From contig CAZXEQ010000002.1 of assembly GCA_964640155.1 (NCBI GenBank), positions 120,001-152,000 on the forward strand: a DNA stretch of 32,000 nt, written 5' to 3'. Of the stretch, positions 26,407 to 32,000 are shown piece by piece. Every line of letters begins with the position of its first letter. Within the stretch, counting starts at the first letter, position 1. The notes beneath the pieces are model-generated. The model made no database searches. It worked only from the letters and a program-made list of their open reading frames with translations, and was not told where the DNA came from. The DNA comes from an uncultured bacterium (GTDB lineage Bacteria > Auribacterota > JACPWU01). Made by a program: the position numbers and the translations under genes.

Positions 26407-27152
26407 ATCAAGCAAAAGAAAAATTTTCTATTCTAATGCCCGCCTTCAATGAAGAAGGTCGCATCTATGAAAACATTCTTGAAACAGAAAAATCTCTTCA
26501 AGAAGTTGGCGTCCAATATGAAATCATTGTGATTGATGATGGAAGCAAGGACAGGACTTACGAAGAAGCCTCACGAGCTGCAAAGAACGGAATCATCATT
26601 AAAAAGATGTCTGAAAATCAAGGGAAAGGAAACGCCCTGAAGCATGGTTTTCAATTTGCAACCGGAGATTATATTGTCTTTCTAGATGCAGATTTAGATC
26701 TTCATCCTCGACAAATCCGCCTCTTGTATGATGTCTTGAAAGAAAATGATGCTGATATTGCCATTGGCTCAAAACGTCATTCAGCTTCCATTCTTAAAAA
26801 ATATCCAAAACGTCGAAGGATCATTAGCTATTTTTATAATCTTTTTGTACGCATTCTTTTTACTTCTCATTTAAGAGATACTCAAACAGGCCTTAAACTT
26901 TTCAAGAGACAAGTCTTGGATGACATCTTTCACAGAATTTTTGTCAAACGCTTTGCATTTGATGTTGAACTTTTGATGGTGGCACATCACATGGGCTATA
27001 AGATATCGGATGCGCCTGTTGTATTAGATTTTAACAGACCTCATCGTATGGGAAGAGTCAGAATCAAAGATCTTTTAAAGACCTGGCAGGATACCTTAGC
27101 CATTTTTTATCGACTCTACATCAAAAAGTCTTATACACAATATCGGGAATGA
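26403..27152 (+). CDS. GT2 glycosyltransferase (DPM1/GtrB-like polyprenyl-phosphate glycosyltransferase type)
   Basis: FSILMPAFNEEGRI, IIVIDDGSKDRT and FLDADLD (DxD). 249 aa with no C-terminal TM segments. ATGA overlap with the flippase. Confidence 0.85.
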   Translation: MNQAKEKFSILMPAFNEEGRIYENILETEKSLQEVGVQYEIIVIDDGSKDRTYEEASRAAKNGIIIKKMSENQGKGNALKHGFQFATGDYIVFLDADLDLHPRQIRLLYDVLKENDADIAIGSKRHSASILKKYPKRRRIISYFYNLFVRILFTSHLRDTQTGLKLFKRQVLDDIFHRIFVKRFAFDVELLMVAHHMGYKISDAPVVLDFNRPHRMGRVRIKDLLKTWQDTLAIFYRLYIKKSYTQYRE

Positions 27153-27222
27153 GTTCTCGGGTATAAGGCAATAACAAAAGATAAAAAAATTTAAAACTCA
27201 TAACTAACGACTACCTTCAGAT

Positions 27223-28638
27223 ATGACGATCTGGCCTGATTATTCTCTTTCTAATTCAATTCATCGTCTTCTGATGAAATTAAAACCCTCCTCTGTCATC
27301 CAACTTTTTCATGATATAGAATCCGAAGGTCATAAACGTGGAATGCTTTATGAAGAAGAAAATGGTGATAAGCGCCCAATTCATCTCATGCTTCGCCCTC
27401 GCTTGATCAGTGATGCTCAAAAAAAATATTTTTCAAAAACATGCCAGATTATGAATCAAGCTTTTTCAAGATTAGGTAAATTTTATTTAGAGATTCTTGA
27501 AGTTCAAGAATTGTTCCCTTTTACTCCAGAAGAGAAAGAATGGATGCTCACCTATCTTCCCAGGTCAATCAAAACTCCTAGAGCCATTCTTTCTCGCTGG
27601 GATGCCAATACTAATTTTAGTGGAAAACAATGGAAAGCCAGCTTCCATTTTTTAGAAGTGAATGCGGTAGGAGTCGGAGGACTTCATTATACACCTACAG
27701 CTGAGGGTATTATTTTAGACACCGTGATCAAAAAACTCCAAGAACAAGATCGTCATCTTAAAATTGATGCTAATGAAGATATTCGACAATCATTATTTCT
27801 TGAGATTCAGCATCATTTAAAAATTCTAGGTCAAAAACGCTGCCATATTGGACTCCTTCAGGATACTCGTTCTAAAGGAGGTCCTCTTGATTTTTTTTAT
27901 CTTCAAAAATTTTTTAAGAAGCAAGGAATAAAATCAAAAATTGTAGACCCCCGTGATCTACGCATCAAAAAAGATGAAATCATGGCCAAAGACCTCCCAA
28001 TTGATATTCTCTATCGTGATACCACACTTGAAGAATTTATAGAAATGAAGAATGAAGGCCATGGGCTTCTCGCCATTCAAAAAGCTTTTGAGAAAAACAG
28101 AGTAATCTCTCATTTAGGAGGTGAACTCGATCATAAAAGTGCTTTTGAAATCTTTAGCAATCCTAAGTTCAATCACCTTTTTACACTCAAAGAGCAAAAG
28201 TGCTTTCAACATCATATTCCTTGGACACGTATCATTCGGGAAGTAAAAACGACAAATCCTAAAGGGGTTTCAGTGGATCTCATTTCTTACGCCATTCGTC
28301 ATCAAAAGCATCTTGTTTTTAAACCGAATCGAGGCTATGGAGGGGATGGAATTATTTTTGGGGATTCCGCCAACTCTCAAAACTGGGAGAAAGCCATTCA
28401 GAAAGCACTTCAGAACCCTGGAACATTTATTCTTCAGGAGAAATGTACAATCCCAAAGAAAAAATTCCCGTGGCTCATACCCAAAGGAAAATTGATAGAA
28501 AAAAGTCTTAACGTTGTGTGTGGATTCATCTATTCTCCTTATGGCCTTGGAATTTTGGGTCGCGCCTCTGGACAAGACATTGTCAATGTTGCACAACAAG
28601 GGGGAATGACCACAATATTAACTTGTAAGAATAAATGA
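27223..28638 (+). CDS. ATP-grasp-like amide ligase (glutathionylspermidine-synthase / circularly-permuted ATP-grasp-like), tentative
   Basis: 471 aa. SRWDANTNFSGKQWKASFHFLEVNAVGVGG resembles the RxD...lE.N.d.P motif of the GSP-synthetase/CP-ATP-grasp families. LVFKPNRGYGGDGIIFG is a typical ATP-grasp nucleotide-binding strand. Called by eye only. Confidence 0.5.
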   Translation: MTIWPDYSLSNSIHRLLMKLKPSSVIQLFHDIESEGHKRGMLYEEENGDKRPIHLMLRPRLISDAQKKYFSKTCQIMNQAFSRLGKFYLEILEVQELFPFTPEEKEWMLTYLPRSIKTPRAILSRWDANTNFSGKQWKASFHFLEVNAVGVGGLHYTPTAEGIILDTVIKKLQEQDRHLKIDANEDIRQSLFLEIQHHLKILGQKRCHIGLLQDTRSKGGPLDFFYLQKFFKKQGIKSKIVDPRDLRIKKDEIMAKDLPIDILYRDTTLEEFIEMKNEGHGLLAIQKAFEKNRVISHLGGELDHKSAFEIFSNPKFNHLFTLKEQKCFQHHIPWTRIIREVKTTNPKGVSVDLISYAIRHQKHLVFKPNRGYGGDGIIFGDSANSQNWEKAIQKALQNPGTFILQEKCTIPKKKFPWLIPKGKLIEKSLNVVCGFIYSPYGLGILGRASGQDIVNVAQQGGMTTILTCKNK

Positions 28639-28716
28639 GATAAAAAGCCGTCATGAGTGATGGGTCATGCATCTTGAGTAAAAATAAAATCTCACAAATA
28701 CATAGATTAAATTATT

Positions 28717-30048
28717 ATGAAGAATATTTTTAAAGATCAACTCCCAAAAATAAAAACAGCAATCCCTGGCCCAGAATCCAAGCGCTTGGCACAAGACCTT
28801 CAGAAATATGAATGTCCTAATCTCACTTTCACTTCCAAAGACACTCCTATCTTCTGGGGAAAGGCATTAGGAGCCAATGTGTGGGATGTAGATGGAAATC
28901 GTTACATTGATATGGTCGCTGCTTTTGGAGTTGCGAGCGTGGGACATGCCCATCCTAAAGTTGTTAACGCTTTAACCCGTCAAGCTCATCTCCTTCCCCA
29001 CGCCATGGGAGATGTTTATCCAAGTCCTGAAAAAGTGCAGCTTGCAAAAGTTTTGTCAGATCTTTTTCCAGAAAAAGGGGCACAAGTTTTTTTTGGATCT
29101 TCAGGAGCAGAAGCTGTCGAAATCGCCATGAAAACAGCTCATTTAGCCACAGGTAAATCTGGTCTTATCGTATTTGAAGGAGCCTATCATGGCTTAACCT
29201 ATGGTGCTTTACGAGCTACTTCTATGTTGGACTTTGGTAAACCCTTTATTAATCTAAAACTACAAAATGTTTTTCGTCTTCCCCATCCTTCCTGCTTTCC
29301 AGAAGAGAAAATTCTTACTCAAATAAAAAAAATTCTTAGGAGTAAAAATAAAGTTGGAGCCATCTTGATTGAACCCATTCAAGGCCGTGGAGGCGTTCGC
29401 GTCACCCCACATTCCTTTCTGCGCTCTTTAAGAAAAATATGTAATCAAACAAAAACACTTCTCATCGTAGATGAGATTTACTCAGGATTTGGACGAACAG
29501 GAAAATGGTTTGCTTTTCAACATTCTAAAATTGTTCCTGACTTGGTAACAGTTGGAAAAGGAATGGCAAATGGGTTTCCTATTTCAGCTTGTATTGGGAG
29601 AAAAAAAGTAATGGCTGCGTGGCCTCGCTCACATGGCGAAGCTCTTCACACCAGCACATTTTTAGGAAACCCTCTTGGGTGTGCTATGGCCTTAGCTTCT
29701 GTTCAAGAAATTCAATCTCAAAAACTTTTGGAAAGAGCTGCTCGGTTAGGTGCTCTTTTTAAGTCTCAATTACTCGCCTTGAAAGAAAAACATCCCTGTA
29801 TAGGAGAAATTCGAGGGCAAGGACTGATGCTTGGAATTGAAATTATTTCAAAAAGAGAGAAACATTCCCCTAATCCTAAAATAGCTCAAGAAGTCGTTTT
29901 TCAAGCTCTCAAACAAGGTATTATTCTTCTGGCAGATGGTGTTGAAAAAAATATTCTTATGCTCACCCCTCCCCTTATCATCTCAGAACAGCAATTTACA
30001 CATTCTCTTAAAGTGATTGATCAATGCCTATCTCATCTCAAAAACTAG
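28717..30048 (+). CDS. Class-III PLP-dependent aminotransferase
   Basis: GNRYIDMVAAFGVASVGHAHPKV, FFGSSGAEAVE, LIVDEIYSGFGRTGKWFAFQH and TVGKGMANGFPISA (PLP lysine). 443 aa. Confidence 0.9.
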   Translation: MKNIFKDQLPKIKTAIPGPESKRLAQDLQKYECPNLTFTSKDTPIFWGKALGANVWDVDGNRYIDMVAAFGVASVGHAHPKVVNALTRQAHLLPHAMGDVYPSPEKVQLAKVLSDLFPEKGAQVFFGSSGAEAVEIAMKTAHLATGKSGLIVFEGAYHGLTYGALRATSMLDFGKPFINLKLQNVFRLPHPSCFPEEKILTQIKKILRSKNKVGAILIEPIQGRGGVRVTPHSFLRSLRKICNQTKTLLIVDEIYSGFGRTGKWFAFQHSKIVPDLVTVGKGMANGFPISACIGRKKVMAAWPRSHGEALHTSTFLGNPLGCAMALASVQEIQSQKLLERAARLGALFKSQLLALKEKHPCIGEIRGQGLMLGIEIISKREKHSPNPKIAQEVVFQALKQGIILLADGVEKNILMLTPPLIISEQQFTHSLKVIDQCLSHLKN

Positions 30049-31097
30049 ATCAAAAAATTCTTTCTCTCATCCAAAAAGGAATGAATCAACCTTGTAGTGA
30101 TCGAGTTTTTAATAAAATTGCTTTAGAAATTTTTGAATATCAATTCATCAATAATATCCCTTATCAACAATACTGCAAATCTATTGGACAATTTCCCCAA
30201 AAAGTCTTTCATTGGAAAGAAATTCCTGCCATTCCAGTTTCCGCTTTTAAAGAAGCCTCTCTTACGTGCTTCCCTATCAAAAAATCTAAAAAAGTTTTTT
30301 ACACCAGTGGGACAACTCAACAGAAAAAAGGACGTCATTATCTTGAAAATTTAAATCTTTATGAAGCATCGCTTTTAACGAATTTCAAACACACATTCTC
30401 TATTGAGAATAGCCGTTATCCCATTTTAATTTTAACTCCATCTCCCACTGAAATGCCTCACTCATCCTTAGTCCATATGATGCAGGTTCTCAAAAAAGAA
30501 ATAGGAACAAAAGAAAGTCATTATTTCATCCAAAAGGGGAAATTCCTGATTAATGACTTAAAAAAAACTCTTGAACAGTTATGCAAAAAAAATGAACCTC
30601 TTCTCATTCTTGGAACAGCTTTCTCATTCGTTCATTTTTTAGATCACACTTCCAAAAAAAAATGGAAGATTACTCTCCCTTTAGATTCGAGAATCATGGA
30701 AACAGGAGGTTATAAAGGCAAATCTCGCGAACTTCCCAAACAAGAACTATATAAAATGTTAGAAATAACTTTAGGGATTTCCCAAGCCCATATTATCAAT
30801 GAATATGGTATGACCGAAATGGGATCTCAATTTTATGATCATCCCTCAAAAAAATTTAAAATCATTCCTCCTTGGGTGAAAACACGTATTTTGAATCCTT
30901 TTACGCTTAAAGAAGTAAAAAAAGGTGGAACGGGGTTACTTCAACACTTTGATTTAACCAATCGTTCCAGTGTCATGGCGCTTCTTACTGAAGATCTTGG
31001 AATCAAATTTAAAAATGGTTTTGAGCTTTTAGGTCGTGTCCCCCAAGCGGAACCACGTGGTTGTTCGATTGGGATGGATGATTGGATAAAGAATTAA
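30024..31097 (+). CDS. LuxE-like acyl-protein synthetase / adenylate-forming enzyme
   Basis: FEYQFINNIPYQQYCKS...IPAIPVSAFKEASL....FYTSGTTQQ resembles the LuxE (acyl-protein synthetase) N-terminal layout. Later ETGGYKG and EYGMTE motifs. 25-nt overlap with the aminotransferase. The start codon is uncertain. Confidence 0.6.
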   Translation: MPISSQKLDQKILSLIQKGMNQPCSDRVFNKIALEIFEYQFINNIPYQQYCKSIGQFPQKVFHWKEIPAIPVSAFKEASLTCFPIKKSKKVFYTSGTTQQKKGRHYLENLNLYEASLLTNFKHTFSIENSRYPILILTPSPTEMPHSSLVHMMQVLKKEIGTKESHYFIQKGKFLINDLKKTLEQLCKKNEPLLILGTAFSFVHFLDHTSKKKWKITLPLDSRIMETGGYKGKSRELPKQELYKMLEITLGISQAHIINEYGMTEMGSQFYDHPSKKFKIIPPWVKTRILNPFTLKEVKKGGTGLLQHFDLTNRSSVMALLTEDLGIKFKNGFELLGRVPQAEPRGCSIGMDDWIKN

Positions 31098-31098
31098 T

Positions 31099-32000
31099 TT
31101 AAGCAGTTATTTCGACGAACTGTGTTCTGAGTTTAATAGTTCTCTTCTCTTTTGTAAACCCATCAGGTCTATCTAAAAATTGACGATAAAATTTTTCATG
31201 TCGCCCGACCATATGACTCAAAGAAAATTTCTTCCGAATAAATCTTCTCCCTGCTCTTCCCATTTCAGTCCTTTTGACTGAATTTTCAAGCAACAATGCA
31301 ACTTTATTTACAAATTCATCTATATCCCCTGGATTCACAAGATACCCTGTCTTTCCATTTTCTATAGCTTCAGGAACACCTCCTTTGTTATAGGCTACTA
31401 CAGGTTTTTGCATCGCCTGAGCTTCCAAAAGTACGCGTGGTAACCCTTCATCTTCTTGAGTAGGGCATACAACCACTGTGCTTCTTGCATAATAATTTCT
31501 CATTTCCTCCCGAGAAAGATGCCCCGTTAAAATAACATCGTCTTCTAAGCCATAAGACCTTGCCAAAATCTTTATTTTTTCATCCATACCTGGAGAGAAA
31601 ACCCCTCCAGCAAATATAAGTTTGAATCTGAATCCTTCTTCTTTCAGTCGCTGAGCAACTTTCAAAAACTCCAGTTGTCCCTTTTCAGAATAAATTCGTG
31701 CGGGTAAAAAAATCACAGGAAGATTTTCCGGAATAGAAATCCTTTCCGGATGAGCATCAAGAGGATTCCAAAAATCCATATCTACTCCGTTTGAAAGATT
31801 CACAAAACGAGAACGAATATGCAGAGGAACATTTACTGAAGAAACGCCTGTAACACTATCTACTGAATCAAGCATCTTTCGTGGATAATGTCGCTCTATA
31901 GAAGAATTGCCCCCATGATGCTGAGCTAAACAGGGAATTCCTTGTGCTTTCACCCTTTGAACAAGTTCTACTCCATTCACAGCCCCTAAAGAATGAATCA
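31099..32000 (-). CDS. GT-B fold glycosyltransferase (GT4-like), N-terminus beyond the right window edge
   Basis: The frame stays open upstream of the GTG at 31980 through to the window end (..IHSLGAVNGVEL..). CPTQEDEGLPRVLLEAQAMQKPVVAYNKGGVPEAI (E-x7-E). Convergent with the LuxE-like gene. Confidence 0.8.
   Translation of the reverse strand, partial: IHSLGAVNGVELVQRVKAQGIPCLAQHHGGNSSIERHYPRKMLDSVDSVTGVSSVNVPLHIRSRFVNLSNGVDMDFWNPLDAHPERISIPENLPVIFLPARIYSEKGQLEFLKVAQRLKEEGFRFKLIFAGGVFSPGMDEKIKILARSYGLEDDVILTGHLSREEMRNYYARSTVVVCPTQEDEGLPRVLLEAQAMQKPVVAYNKGGVPEAIENGKTGYLVNPGDIDEFVNKVALLLENSVKRTEMGRAGRRFIRKKFSLSHMVGRHEKFYRQFLDRPDGFTKEKRTIKLRTQFVEITA

Noticed and set aside
28653-28733. 26-codon ORF between the ATP-grasp-like gene and the aminotransferase, considered as a graspetide/RiPP precursor
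   Set aside because: It has no SD, it overlaps the aminotransferase start out of frame, and it lacks the Thr/Ser/Lys/Asp/Glu-rich core expected for ATP-grasp-modified peptides.
1-32000. Search for rRNA, tRNA (T-loop GGTTCGAATCC-like), CRISPR repeats, transposase, integrase, restriction, toxin-antitoxin or other defence genes
   Set aside because: None recognised on either strand. All long ORFs are accounted for by housekeeping, signalling or glycan functions.

Overview
AT-rich bacterial chromosomal segment using the standard genetic code (TGA is used as a stop, often inside ATGA start/stop overlaps). I recognised no rRNA, tRNA, CRISPR array, transposase, integrase or phage gene. All family calls come from reading the translated ORFs and spotting motifs by eye. 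No database search was run, and the phylum cannot be assigned. There are three blocks. (i) 0.1-8.9 kb: a two-gene operon of very small secreted His/Tyr-rich proteins (minus strand), then a tightly coupled plus-strand operon miaB / TPR-SPOR protein / mutS / mutL / miaA, followed by two small zinc-ribbon genes (FmdB-type, YacG-type). (ii) 8.9-15.9 kb, all minus strand: an orphan hybrid histidine kinase, cspA with a long leader, two tandem GAF-GGDEF diguanylate cyclases and an orphan MalK-type ABC ATPase. This block holds two unrelated GC-rich imperfect palindromes of about 130 nt (11096-11229 and 13158-13286) that fit no RNA family I recognise. They are the most unexplained signals in the window. 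(iii) 16.0-32.0 kb: a surface-glycan locus. It has six GT4-like glycosyltransferases including two tandem paralogue pairs, a seventh convergent GT4-like gene truncated at the right edge, a NodB-fold protein lacking the metal triad, Wzm/Wzt with a C-terminal extension, a Wzx-type flippase and a GT2. It ends with a tailoring cassette (divergent ATP-grasp-like ligase, class-III aminotransferase, LuxE-like adenylating enzyme).
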